Assembly (NCBI GenBank): GCA_000934665.2
Contig: KZ538785.1
Coordinates: 1 to 47,529, forward strand
Direction: 5' to 3'
DNA: 47,529 nucleotides
Source: Catajapyx aquilonaris
Taxonomy: Eukaryota
In this document: positions 1 through 12,081 of the stretch, in pieces
Layout: the number at the start of each line of letters is the position of its first letter
Numbering within the stretch: the stretch's first letter is position 1
Program-made: the position numbers and the translations under genes
Notes under the pieces: generated by a model
What the model saw: the letters and a program-made list of their open reading frames with translations, nothing else
Database searches by the model: none
Told to the model about the DNA's origin: nothing

Positions 1-967
1 CGTCCAGATACTCCAGTTTCATGCCGATACCTCCATATTTGCGACCGTGACAGCGAGAAAAGGAAGTGTCAAACTCACGGGCCGGCCCGCGACGGGCTCC
101 CCGCAACAATGGATCGCGTAGCCTAGAGCGCGCTCTTAAACAAAAAGGAAAAAGCACAAAATTGAAACAGTGAAAACACCATTTTTTTTCAGTTTCAAAA
201 AAAGTGTTCCTAATTTCGGCCCCTACGTTTTAATGGGAGGAAAGGTGTAAAAAAAAACATTTCTAAATATGTGAATGGTTTAAAATGCTCGATTAATAAC
301 AATACAATGAAAACTGGTTTATCTGCACGATGAAAATTACAAGTTTTCCCTTCTCAAAAAAAAATACAATTATTATGCAATTGAATAATGACTTGATCAA
401 TACAATCACACCATTCACACGAGAGCGTTTTAACACCAGGTAGTACAGATGAGCAAACATTTTCTGTGACTTCTTTCTTGAGTTTTCGCGAAATAAATGG
501 AACCGTCAAAATTATCATGATAGTACCGTACTGTAGGTGGTCGAAATTAGGAACATGGCAACTTTCTACTGTGGCTGATGATTCACATCGACAAGTTGCA
601 GCATGATGTCGATACATTAAAACATGCAAATAAACGGTGTTACAAGCAACATCATAGGCTAAAAGAAATTATTGAATAGCATAGCTTAATTGCTGGGAAA
701 TGATGTCCAATAATAGTATGCGCTGCAGTCCACCATGCGCTTTAGGACAAACTGGTGTCAAAAGTGGCACAATGCGCGGGTGTTCGCATCAGTGCTGCTA
801 GCTCACCAATTCCGTCTTTGTGACATTTTACCACTGTCACCGGCAATTTGCAACACGTTACCACGGAAATAGCATGGTGGTCGGAATTAGGCGCATGGTC
901 GAAATATGGACCCCTTCCCCAGTTCCCCTTACAGTGTTATTTATCGCTATAATTATATAGTCACATC

Positions 968-2691
968 CAGGGCCCTGCAGAGGGGGGGCAGCTGGGTACA
1001 CTTGCCCCGGGCCTCAGTACGGCCAGGGGGCCCCGCCAGGGGCCCCAGGCCAGACTTATTCAACCAGCCGACAGAAACTTACTGGGAAAAATACCCAAAC
1101 CCAATGGCGTCTTAACACATTAGGGCCGAATCATTTCTGGAGGCCCCATTTCAATAGTGACTTATAATTCCCAAATTTTGGCAATAATAATAATAATAAG
1201 CCAATTTGGGGCCCCTATTTAGGTTGGGGACTCGGGGCCCTATAATTCAATACCGGCTCTTAAATGGCAATTTTTTCCAATAGAAATTCGCCAATTTGGG
1301 GCCCCCTGTTTCAGTCGGGGGCTATTGGAGCCTCTCCATATGCAAGGATTCGATCAGACATTCAGACTTGCCCAAACACTCACTAATTCTCTCACCCTGA
1401 AAATGCAACCACTCAAGATGTGGGGAAAAGGAAAAGGGCTTGCCTACATATAGAGGAGTATAACAGTTCTGTTTAAAGGGGAACCTAGCCGAAATTTTGA
1501 AGGCCTTAAAATGAGCCCATGGCGAATATTGTTTTTGGTTAGTAAAAGTGGTCAAAACCCAATGAACATAATTACATACATCAAAAGACGGAGGAAGACG
1601 AGGAGAATGCAACAATAGAATTAGCTTTACTCGAATATGTAACCAGAAAACCTGTGTCATTCCATCGGTCACATATCTCATAATTTGGGCCCCCTAAAAT
1701 TAGTGATGAATCTGCAAAACATCCCTCATATTTTACCTGGTTTCAAATTGAACATAACCTTAAACCTTAGAGCTTATGGTGGTCAAAACTCATGTCACGA
1801 AATATGACTGAAGTTACGCAAACACATCACTAATAATTATCGGAGTCCAAGTTCTTGGACATGTGACTGAGCACGTGATGAATATAGAACGAATGGCACA
1901 CGTTTTTCTGCTTACATTTTTGAGGAGAATGTGTTAATTTCATAGTTCCATTTTCTAGTCTTTTTGCTTCATTTGTTTACTGGGTTTTCACCAATTCCAC
2001 TAACCGAAAATGTTCTTCCAAAAAAGGGCTCAATTTAGCAATTTCCCAAATTCGCGAATTTATCCCTCCTCACGGTATTGAGCAATATGGATGAAACTTG
2101 ATATTTAGCATTATGGAATGGTTGTGCACTTCTGTGCTTATTTCCACCAAAATCCGAGAGGGTCAAGCAATGTTTCGTCCCACTTGATTCGGAATGACCC
2201 CAAGATTTTTTCGAGGACTTTGGTTCTTTGAGAGCCACAATTAACGTTGAAGACAAAATTCAGACAGAGTGATAGGTCATTATGAGTTACCAGTGACCTA
2301 AGGAACATACAAATGGCGATTAATTTCCAAGAACAAAAATGTTGATTTTTGTTACATATTGTAATTATTATAAATGCCTCCTGTCGGGCATTAAAACCCC
2401 TAATTAATTAAGATACTATGTGTGCAAGAGGAGCCATGACATTGCAATAGTAGGCTGGGCTCGGTTCCCCAACACCCTATTTGTGTGCATTTATAGCCCT
2501 TTTCCTCTTTTCCACATCTCGACTGGCTGCATTTCCAGGGTGTGGATATTGTTCTGTGCTTGTGCAAGTGAAATCAGTTGGCTACCTACTGGCGCATCTC
2601 ATTGACTGACTTTGTACATTTTATGTCGTTATAAGAAGGGGCCTCTAACATGATCCTGCCCCAGGCCTCAGACAGGCTCTGCAGGGCCCTG
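968..2691. mobile_element. Non-autonomous hAT-type DNA transposon
   Basis: Perfect 15-bp TIRs CAGGGCCCTGCAGAG (968-982) / CTCTGCAGGGCCCTG (2677-2691). Perfect 8-bp TSD GTCACATC at 960-967 and 2692-2699. GGGCCCC-rich internal repeats; no transposase ORF. Confidence 0.9.
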
Positions 2692-2721
2692 GTCACATCT
2701 ACGCTCCCGCTTTCCCACTAG

Positions 2722-3149
2722 GTCCTGGTTGACTAGAACCTGCGCTTCCGCGGCGCTTCCCAGCTTCCATCACCAGGCACTTGGCTACTCGTATGAAGCC
2801 TTTAGTCTCCTTCGTGCCGTTATGCCTGGACAATGGCTGGAACCTGATCCGCTTGGACCTAGAGGACTTCACCCACCGAGCATACATAACTAATGTAAGT
2901 ACTGTACGTACATTGAGACCCTGCGAGTGCAGATTTTTACACGCCAACTGTCGAATCCGCTTGGTGTACTTCTCCGACACGATCTATACGTACAAGGAGC
3001 TGCCTGCCGAATTTCAGGTGTATCTGCCTGTAGAGAATAAAAATAAGAAGAAGGAAGAGGAGAAGAAAGAAGAGGAAGAGCAGGTGGAGGAGGAGGAGAT
3101 GGAGATGGAGATGGAGAAAAAGGAGGAAGTGGAGAACCCCGCGGAGTAG
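2722..3149 (+). pseudogene. CFAP20: CFAP20/Bug22 (DUF667) C-terminal half, disrupted, with an acidic C-terminal tail
   Basis: Translation matches CFAP20 [78 protein letters not shown]. Acceptor-like ttcccactag precedes VL at 2722. In-frame TAG at 2734-2736, a frameshift near 2743, and 14-nt (2895-2908) and 4-nt (2936-2939) insertions. AATAAA at 3389. Confidence 0.88.
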
Positions 3150-3455
3150 AACACAAGGTGGGAACCGTAGACCTTACTAGTAAGGTCTCTGGTGGGAACC
3201 TGAACTGCCGAAAAAAAGGAAAAAAAAGTGTTCTCGACATTAGACAACACCAAGGCTTTATACCCACACAATCACACCCTCTTTTCAAGAGTAACTGGCA
3301 CACTAAATTAATTATTTTAGAGTTTGTGAATTAATCCCTCGCCCTCTAAATGGGCGCCTTTTTGCGGCTGACATATTTTTACTTTCGTAATAAAAGCGAG
3401 CCAAATTCTTAACGGTCATTTATTTTGAATGTGTTCAAAACAAATTCCAATATAT

Positions 3456-3702
3456 CGTCGCTGTGGAGTCAAAACCGCGTAACTCGCTTTTCGGCCGATT
3501 TCGGGTTTTTGATCCTGAAAATCAGGGATTTTGCGCTGCATCTGCCCATCAAAACGGCGTAATTTTTTGCCCAATAGGAGCGAAGATATGGCCAGGTGAA
3601 GCAATTAAATCTCAATGCAAGTGTAATATTTGTATTTAGTTTTTTTGCTCTCCTGAAAAATTAGTATTATTCGAGTTACGTGGTTTTGACTCCACAGCGA
3701 CG
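3456..3702. mobile_element. MITE, Sola1-like
   Basis: 31-bp TIRs CGTCGCTGTGGAGTCAAAACCRCGTAACTCG (1 mismatch). 4-bp TSD ATAT at 3452-3455 and 3703-3706, fitting the AWWT target pattern. Confidence 0.8.
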
Positions 3703-4176
3703 ATATACGAGATATTAATCTTACATGGGGAAGGACTCAAAAGTTGGAGAAAAAGTAGGAACAAAACCTACCATACTCGATTATTTCAAATAGCAATATC
3801 AGAGGAGAACAGATAACATACAGTGGCCCTAACCGTTTGAAATGCTTGGAAAACACTTCTTACCATTATCTGCGTCTTAAATCCTTCTCGTAGTATCCCT
3901 TCCCCTTTTTGTTTTTTTACATCCGGTTTATTCTCTTAACATTTGACAGATCCTTTACGACACAGGATGTGCATCACGCCTCGCAAAATTCATCCACGTT
4001 ATTATATACTGTTGCATTATTATACTGTGTAAGTCCGGGTCCTCCTGCTCGGCCGGCTAGTGGCATAACCACTAGAGACTAGACCATCATGCTCCCCATT
4101 GTTGCTATTGTCACAGCATCAACGATTTAACAAAGGCACTAACAATAAGGACTTCATATTGTGTAAAAGAGTGTCA

Positions 4177-4182
4177 TTTATT
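4177..4182 (-). promoter_or_regulatory. Candidate polyadenylation signal of the PEAK-like gene
   Basis: AATAAA on the minus strand about 480 nt downstream of the stop codon; position only, no transcript evidence. Confidence 0.4.
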
Positions 4183-4661
4183 TTTCTTACAGACTACTCT
4201 CACATCTAGGTTCACATAATTATAAATCTGGGGCTTACAATGATGAAGTTCAAATTTAACTGGCCATGGCCATTGAAAAATAATGTCATACATATGGCGC
4301 AGTTAGTTTATCGGGACCACATTGCATTGCTCATGGCACGTTGGCACCTGTATCAGGGACTACATATACCGGCACACACGCCATAAGTCACCCTGAGTAA
4401 TATGTATTTTACGCCATAAATTTCACCTTAGTGGTACAATGTATACTTGGGCGTTTCGGCGTTATACCAATATTAGTTTTTCCACTGTACATAAAATGTA
4501 AAAATCACATACATAATGCATTAAAATGTGCACTGTACAACAAATGCCATAAATAAACTTTTTAAATGCTGCAGTGTCAATATACCCTACACAACTAGTG
4601 CTTCTTTGCAAACCTTCTTTACAAGAACAAAAAATAACAACACAACGAGTGAAAAGTAGGC

Positions 4662-5389
4662 CTAAGCTACAAGTTGTTCAGATGCAAGGCGCAACATTTT
4701 TGCATTGGCATATGCCAGAAACCGCATTTGAAATTCAAGCATCACACACACGTTAGACTTCAGCAAGTCTGGATTCTTGATATAATCACTAACTAACTTA
4801 TGTCGCTGATAGTCCAGCCACACTTGCATGGTCAATTCATTCTCCTCCTTTGCAACACTAAGATCTAATAACACTTCTCTGGGTCCCCACAGCAAGTATT
4901 CCAAAATAGATTTGGCATAACTGAGAGAGAATGACTTTTCCTCACGCAAGATTTTCAACAGAGGTTTGAATACTTTAGGTAGCAACGGAATTTGTTCTTT
5001 GCGTATATTGTCTCTGGCACTGTCGATGTTGAGCAACTTGAGCATAACTAGGAGTGCAGTCTCACACAGAGACAACGTATCATTGTCTTTCACAACCACA
5101 TGCCCCCAACGCTGCTTTGGAGCCCTAAACAATACTTGATCCTCGTCCTTGAAGACCACTAAACGAACATGTGGATCGGACTGGCTCTGCAAAAGGACAA
5201 TGGCGTCGAGGGATGCTCCGACCTCTTCAATTCCTTCCGACTGCAACCACTTTAGCCCAAGGATAAGCTGGAGCATCATCAGCCACACTTGTTGAAAATA
5301 CTTCTCTTCACTCACTAAACTCTTAGGGTGACTTGCAATGAAGAAGTTCAAATTGCTGATTTGATGCCTCGGTAATACCTGAACAACAG
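4662..5389 (-). CDS. PEAK1: PEAK1/PRAG1-like pseudokinase, last coding exon (C-lobe plus C-terminal SHED helices)
   Basis: Acceptor cttcacag at 5390-5391, phase 1. Encodes AVVQVLPR..YFQQVWLMMLQLILGLKWLQSEGI..AKSILEYLLWGPRE..MQVWLDYQR..FLAYA, matching PEAK-family LLLQLCNGLEHLKEHGI, AKRVLQCLLWGPR and LHNWIDMKR. TAG stop at 4662-4664. Confidence 0.92.
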
Positions 5390-6368
5390 CTGTGAAGTAC
5401 GAAACATTTCTATTATATTACCGATTACAGATCCATAAACGTTACGCCGATTTTACTGATCGACAAAATTGAACCTTTTCAGTAACATGCATGAATATGC
5501 GTTTATTATTGTATCTTTGCTCTGATTTCAAATATGTTAACCAATTTTTTTCTTTCGAGTATTTGGCATTCTTTATGGTACCAAAGAATTTCCATTACAC
5601 TCTGAAATCCTGCAGAAGTTGTAATTTGTGAGTGAATGCCGACAGAAAAATTATGACTTCATATTCGAAATCAGCACTTACCAATACATAAGCTTCCATA
5701 CGAAACAGCGAAAAATGTGCAATTGACAGAAATTCATAATTTGCAGCTTTACCATTATTTTCCCCATGCAAAGAAACCTTTATGCACCGAAAACCTCGCC
5801 GATATCACATAAAATACAGCTTCCCCAGAACCTTGCAAAATGTGTCAATTTTTGACCTTTTGACCTTCTTTTGACCACGTATCTCATGAATTCTTGAGAA
5901 CCAGGGTTTTTCTGGAAAGGTGCTTTCTTCCTAGCAGATAAAAAACCAGAAAAACCCATTTTGAACTTCACATAGAAATTCGCGATGTTCCATTGTATGT
6001 CGTATATACATGACAGTATATGACAGACATGACAGTTCATGACCACCTCTGTATCTCATAAACTAGGGCCAATCGACAAATTTTATTGTCATTTTCGTAT
6101 TCAGAACCTCGAAATTAGTCAAGATTTGCTATTTTCATTACATATTTTTTTCTTGTTGCCCAGTGTAACGAGTGACCCAAGGTCACATGTCTTTTTCATG
6201 ATTGTTGCGTCAATTACATGACATTAATATTTTACAGAGTCCATTCAAGTTACTGTTGCTAAATTTTAAAAAAATATGGCAATAAGCTACCAGGAGGCAG
6301 CCACATGGGAAGAATAAATTTTAAATTCCTTTTCCCTTAACATTTGCCATTGCAATAAATATAGCCTA

Positions 6369-7263
6369 CATGGGTTAGACAAAATAATGGGGGCCCCTGC
6401 AAAAAGCGGGTGAATTTTCTCCTCTATTGTACTCGAAAATTGGAAAGGTTACAAAGATGACATTTACTGATTTTTGAGGCTCTGTCGATGTACATTTACA
6501 GATATGAAGATGACACAAAAATCACAAGAGGAGGGGGAGAAACAACAGACGAACGATGCTCCCCGCCCCCCATGCCCCATTTTTGACCAAAGTGTCCCAC
6601 CCTTTTCATTTGAAAACGAAAACAGTTACAGATATGAACTTCACTGGCATTTGAAGATCTATCGATGTCACTTTGTTTGGTATAAAGATGGACCAAAATT
6701 ACTGACAGGGGGGCGGGGGGAAAATAGAAACGACACTCCCCTTCCCCGGCACTAAAACTGAGAAGAGGTTGGACAAAATAATGTATAGTGAGTTTGGGTC
6801 GAATTTTCGTCCCACTGCTAGTTACTACCAACTTAGTAGTACCATATTTGGCACTGGTACTGCTAAGTTAGCATTAACTAGCAGTAGGACGAAAGTTTTC
6901 CGTGGTTTGCATTCGAGCAGTGCCAGGGAGGGGGTGTCGTTTCTATTATTTCCCTTCGATCGATCTAAGAGCTTCAAAACCCAGTAAAGTTCATATCCGT
7001 AATTGTTTTCGTTTTCAAATGAAAAGGGTGGGACACTTTGGTCAAAAATGGGGTCTGGGGGGGGGGGGGGGGGGNTGTCTTTTCTTTCTTTCCCCTTCGC
7101 GTGATTTTTGCGCCATCTGCATACCTCGACAAATGTACATCATCGATAGAGCTTCAAAAATCAGTAAAAGTCGTCTCTGTAACCTTTCCAGTTTTCGAGT
7201 ACAATGGAGGAGAAAATTCACCCGCTTTTTGCAGGGGCCCCATTATTTTGTCTAACCCAGCTG
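6369..7263. mobile_element. Long-TIR (foldback) MITE, Tc1/mariner-like
   Basis: Diverged inverted arms of more than 300 bp (GGGTTAGACAAAATAATGGGG..CCCTGCAAAAAGCGGGTG / reverse copy ending TCTAACCCAGCTG), flanked by TA at 6367-6368 and 7264-7265. Confidence 0.85.
6802..6904. repeat. Short palindromic element, related copy at about 8125-8235
   Basis: Imperfect hairpin CTAGTTACTACCAACTTAGTAGTACCA..TGGTACTGCTAAGTTAGCATTAACTAG. The same core recurs at 8141-8200. Confidence 0.6.
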
Positions 7264-7468
7264 TAAGTACAGCATGAATCCTGTCCAGGTGTTGCTTCAG
7301 TTACGGTGGAATTGCCCTACACCATATTGTTGTTGTTGTTGTTATAAAGTCATTATTGCTCTCATTTCCTTTCGCCTCCCGACTATATCTTATATCCTCC
7401 TGTCCCCAACGCCTCTTACTGCAGTTTGGCCCAAATCAAGCTGGGAGGGGGGGGGGGGGATTTGTCCT

Positions 7469-7625
7469 GATCATGGTCTTAGAGGTCTGGACACTCCCAC
7501 TTATCGCCTGCCGGTAGGGTCGCCAATAGCTTCGTGAAAGGTCTCATGGCGCTCTCAGGTGAGCACCTCATGCAAAACGCCCCGGCAGGCGATAAGATAA
7601 GATTGTAGGGGTAGTGTCCGGGGGC
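7469..7625. mobile_element. Small TIR element, second copy at about 39941-40040
   Basis: 49-bp identical core GTCTCATGGCGCTCTCAGGTGAGCACCTCATGCAAAACGCCCCGGCAGG at 7541-7589 and 39941-39989. Arms CTTATCGCCTGCCGG / CCGGCAGGCGATAAG. Confidence 0.6.
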
Positions 7626-7938
7626 TGGTCCTGATCTACTACTGCAGGGCGATTCCAGGACGGATCATGCAAAATAAAATTCAAAGTTCACCCCTTATTT
7701 TTTGATCTCAATGAAATTTTGTACTATAATTCTCCATAAGGTATAGAGCACGAATCAGTTTTTAAAAATATTTAAGGGTCATTAGGTCGCGCGTAAGTAA
7801 ATGGGCAAAAACCTGTAAAAGGCCGCCCACACACGTGGACGAACGACCCTAAGATATCTACTGAACTACACTGCTCACCGATAGTTTTGATGTACTAATG
7901 TGCTGTCCAGGATAGAGAGATTGCGATTATTGAATGAT

Positions 7939-10170
7939 TAGATCAAAAACTTTCCCTTCAGTAAAAAAAAAAGAGAAGTAAGACCTCCGCGGCGGAATGA
8001 AAATACTGAAACAAGGCAGGCGCACGTAAGACCTTCACCAATTGATTTAAGCTGTACCATAGGTCTTACTCAAGCAATTTCCAATTCACTGCTCATGAAG
8101 TCTCCTTTCTGAAACAAATCTGTGGAATTTCTGTCGTACTACTAGTTACTTCTAACTTAGCAGTACCAGTGTAGTGCAATGGTACTGCTAAGTTAGCAGT
8201 ATCTTAGCTCTTATTGGCAGTATTCGTTTTCCATGAGCCACTCCATATTAGTGTTTTATGAAATTAGGAACTTCAATATTAAGCACATTGAATTTCTATG
8301 CGATTAGTGCGAATTATTGCCATGAAACATTCATGCAGAATCGGCGCACCCCTTTTAGATGCTGATTTAAACTCTAACGTTTAATTTTTCACATATAAAG
8401 GTTATTTGGTGAATTTTAGAGGGTCTTTTTCGATTGGACCAAGTCTGTTAGGATGGGTTTAGTTTTCCCCCCATTTTTTTCTTCAAGTATATATAAAGCC
8501 CCTAAACGAGGAGGAGGAGGAGGATATAGGATGGAAAAGATCTCCCACTTCCCGAGGTCGTACAGACCTCGGACTTACACCGTTGTATTCCTTGCACCCG
8601 TTTTCCTATTTTGAAAAATCCTCAAAACCGCTAATTTCCCAGCCGTTTTCGAGATCGCCAAATTAAATGTAGACGCAAACCCGAGATCGCGAAATTAATG
8701 TATACCGCCAACTCCCCCGGTTCCCCGAGCGGCCTTGCCCGCAGATGGTCGTAAAGAAGGAGAACAATGGCCCACCCCCTCCCATACACCCCCTGGGATT
8801 TGCTTACACTACTCAAACCTGCCGTGAGAATGATACGTCACAGACGGTCCCACCTGTCATCCCAAGCGCTGTTTTGAACGATACGTCAGAGAGGGCACGT
8901 TCGGAAACTCCTCATCGCTACCGGTGACGTCACTGATTTCTGTAACCGGATGGATTAGGCGGAAAATAGGTCACTCCGTTGACGACGAACTCCAGGTTAT
9001 TATTTCCAGCTCTCTAGCGGTGCTGGGTACGCCCGGGCGGGAACGCGTAGCGCCGAAGGCGCGCCAATTGGGGCGCAGCCCCAAGGGGGGGTGTGGGGGG
9101 GTGGAGCCCCCCCGCCTCGCAAAGCGAGTTTCATAATAAAATCCTACGTATGCTGCTCTGAGTAGTTTGCAGCAGTCATTTTACGAGCCGTTCCGTACCG
9201 TACTTGATAATTGCTTGAGTAAGACCTACGGTACAGCTTAAATCAATTGGTGAAGGTCTTACGTGCGCCTGCCTTGTTTCAGTACTTTCATTCCACCGCG
9301 GAGGTCTTACTTCTCTTTTTTTTTTACTGAAGGGAAAGTTTTTGATCTAATTTCAGTTCTTTTTTGACAGAACACATAACTTATCCTCTACACTATACAG
9401 TCTGCACTATGAATGCAATGGAGACGATTTTCGTCGCTTAGAAGTCCCTAAAATTATTTTCACAGAGACAGTCGTAAAAAAACGAAAGTGGAGTGCTACC
9501 AGCCAACGGTTAGTCTGATTTAATTATTATGAAAAGCCTATACGCTAAAGGCTAAAATATACGGAATATATACATTGAGAACTGTACCAGACGATACAAA
9601 AAACGCAAAGGTACATTAAAGTTGGGTGAAAACCCAACGGCGACAGTACGACTCGGCGTCGCTCATCTTGTCCTCCTTTGACCCACAACAATATATGAGG
9701 TGGTAAACAACAACTGACGTTTCTAGGTGATGGCGTAACGAACAAATGAAGTAATGACAGAAAAAATACGAGGTAAAAAAATCACAGCTCCAATCCTGCA
9801 GCAGGTGGAACTGTGATATTTTGAACATGGGTCCGCACCATCCCACTGTACCTTCGGCCCTTTGATGAAGGAACCGAATTCAGAATAGTTATTGAGCAAA
9901 AAAATTGAGACGCATTTTTTGGTGGTTGTAAATTTTTTGCGGCGTTTTGAAGAGGAATTAAGTAAAAGTGTAAATGGTAGGAAATCAAGTCACGACGGTG
10001 GGGATCTGTGTTCAAAATTTGGAAGCTCTACCTGCAGCAGAACTTGAGTTAGGGCGAATAAAAAAAGCGTAACAAGAAGAAGAAGAACAAGAACAAGTAG
10101 GAAAAATTCATTGTTGAAACATTGTTGAAATCTATGCTACGGTCTTACTTAAGGGCTATCGCCCTTAAAA
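7939..10170 (+). mobile_element. Composite insertion with Helentron/HINE-like hallmarks
   Basis: Interrupts the host arm with no clear TSD. Subterminal AAGTAAGACC (7976-7985) pairs with GGTCTTACT (8062-8070) and GGTCTTACTT (10141-10150). Terminal stem-loop TTAAGGGC-TATC-GCCCTTAA (10149-10168). AAG microsatellite near 10075. The left end is duplicated in inverted orientation at 9209-9351. Confidence 0.55.
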
Positions 10171-10654
10171 TAACATTTTTGAAATCGAAATGAAGGCATT
10201 ATATTTACAGTTCATTGTAGAAAAACAATATATCGGTTTTCTAACTAACTCCTGAGGCCTTGAACATTTTATACCGTATTCTGTACTTTATTAAGCATTT
10301 TTACCGATTTTTCCAGAGTGGACCCTCCGTAAGTTTCGGCGTAATAAAATAGAAAAGGCCCGTCGGTCGTCGGGTGACATCGTTTTCAAAGGCTGGCAGT
10401 CATTTTCAAGGCTGTTCGTAGGAGTTAGAAAACGGATATATCGTTTTTCAACAATGAACTGTAAATATAATGCCTTCATTTCGATTTTAAAAATGTGATC
10501 ATTCAATAATCGCATTGATCGCAACTTTCCATCCTGGATACAGCACATTCGTACATCAAAAGTATCGGTGTGCAGTGTAGTTCAGTACTCATTCAGTAGA
10601 TATAAGGTAATTTGTCCGCGTGTGTGGGACCTTTTATGGGTTTTTGCCCATTTA

Positions 10655-10966
10655 CTCTCCGATTCACATAAGAGTGAACCTTTTTCGATATGCATACGCC
10701 CGAGGGGTCGGTGAACCGCCCGAAAGTAGTGCCCGACATGCCGTGCCCTACAGCTCTTCACAACAAAATGTGCAGTTTGTGTAGCGCTGCAGCTACCGCA
10801 TGGGCTGACCATGATAATTAGGCATTCGAATGACATGTAGGTACTAGCACTGTTTCTCCGAGAAAGCCAGAGATACCTGGGACTAATTTTGCGGCGCGGC
10901 CGCGACTCACCGACCCCTCGGGCGTGTGGATATCCAAAAAGGTTCACACTTATGTGATTCGGAGTG
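10655..10966. mobile_element. Tc1/mariner-type MITE nested in the host right arm
   Basis: About 30-bp TIRs CTCTCCGATTCACATAAGAGTGAACCTTTT / AAAAGGTTCACACTTATGTGATTCGGAGTG with TA TSD. Removing it restores the host arm. Confidence 0.85.
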
Positions 10967-11786
10967 TAATTACGCGTGACCTAATGACCCTTAAAAATTT
11001 TTAATTGATTCTTGCTCTATTCCTTATGGAGAATTATTGTACCAAACATTGAGATCAAAAAATAGAGGTTGAAGTCCTCTGCATGATTTGTCCTGGAATC
11101 ACCCTGCACTGTGATGTCAATCACTTGGTCCATGGCTAGATTAAACCATATGAAGATTGTCTAATGTACGTATGTTCCTGGATTTATTCGCAACAATGTC
11201 AGCGTACGGTTCATAGCCTTGCTCATTTTACTCAATGTTGTATTGTGTGGAAAGTCTTGGACGCTAACAGGTATTATCACACAAGTCAGCTCTGTCAAAA
11301 AATGCATAATGCACAGTAGAGATTATATTTTAGGGGCCAGTCGCCTTACTCGCCTACATGCATAGGCAATGGCACAAGCAGGAAAAGAGCCATGCGGCCA
11401 AAGGGGACAAATAAAATTCAGCGTAACTTTGTGCAAGTTTTTGAAATAAAAACTGTGCTTCTTTCTCTTTTGAATGATTAATGACATATTATAAAATACA
11501 GTATAAAAATTCAGATTCTTCTGTTTATAAGCACATTTTGTGGCCATGATGATGGGAAGCTTTAAATCTTTCCAATAACAAATGAGAAAAATTCAAAACC
11601 TTCCATGTGCAGGCTTTATGCATTAGACCTAGTCTCACATGGTAAATGTTACACATGCTAATAGTAACATTGCACTAAGCTCCCACTTTATATATGAGCA
11701 TTGCATCATTTTGTGCATGGCCCATGCATTTTAAAAGCATGCTTCATTTCCATCACGTGGTTGAGACAATAAAACACCAAACCTAC

Positions 11787-12081
11787 CATAAAAATCTTCT
11801 TTCTTCTGGTCTGAGCACCCGGGCGCCAGATAGGAAGGTACTGAGCCCACAAATGATATTGCACTTTTCATGTTGTAGTAGTTGGAAGACAATCTATTCT
11901 GGCCTTTTGTAGCATTAGGCAAGAGAAATAACGTCACCAATTTGTTCTCAAATTCGGCGTGGCAAAATATTTTGTTGTTGATGGTGACGATGCATTCATA
12001 ACCTGGAACATCGAAGTCGTCCCAACAAAGATTTCTGCATCGGTCAGAAGGATCAAGGATGATATCACATTGCTGACTCAG
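11787..12081 (-). CDS. PEAK1: PEAK1/PRAG1-like coding exon 6 (pseudokinase N-lobe)
   Basis: Acceptor gctttcag, donor G|gtaggt, 295 nt (phase 0 to 1). Encodes LSQQCDII..NLCWDDFDV..IFCHAEFENKLVTLFLL..SFVGSVPSYL, resembling PEAK W-x-x-F and F-x-x-SVPS motifs. Confidence 0.88.

Larger units (their letters stand above)
7645..11106. mobile_element. Foldback MITE (CAGGG termini, Tc1/mariner-like) hosting nested insertions
   Basis: Left arm 7645-7938 resumes at about 10171. It is the reverse complement of about 10420-10654 plus 10967-11106 (CAGGGCGATTCCAGGAC / GTCCTGGAATCACCCTG). Confidence 0.85.

Noticed and set aside
1322..2256. Transposase ORFs inside the hAT element
   Set aside because: No hAT motifs recognisable; short ORFs of the size expected by chance.
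2895..2932. Tiny intron (GTAAGT..TGCAG) rescuing CFAP20
   Set aside because: Splicing it would remove the conserved YIETLRVQ residues, and the upstream stop and frameshift would remain.
5430..6170. Complete DNA transposon ending GTTGCCCAGTGTAA
   Set aside because: It looks repeat-derived, but I found no matching left terminus or TSD.
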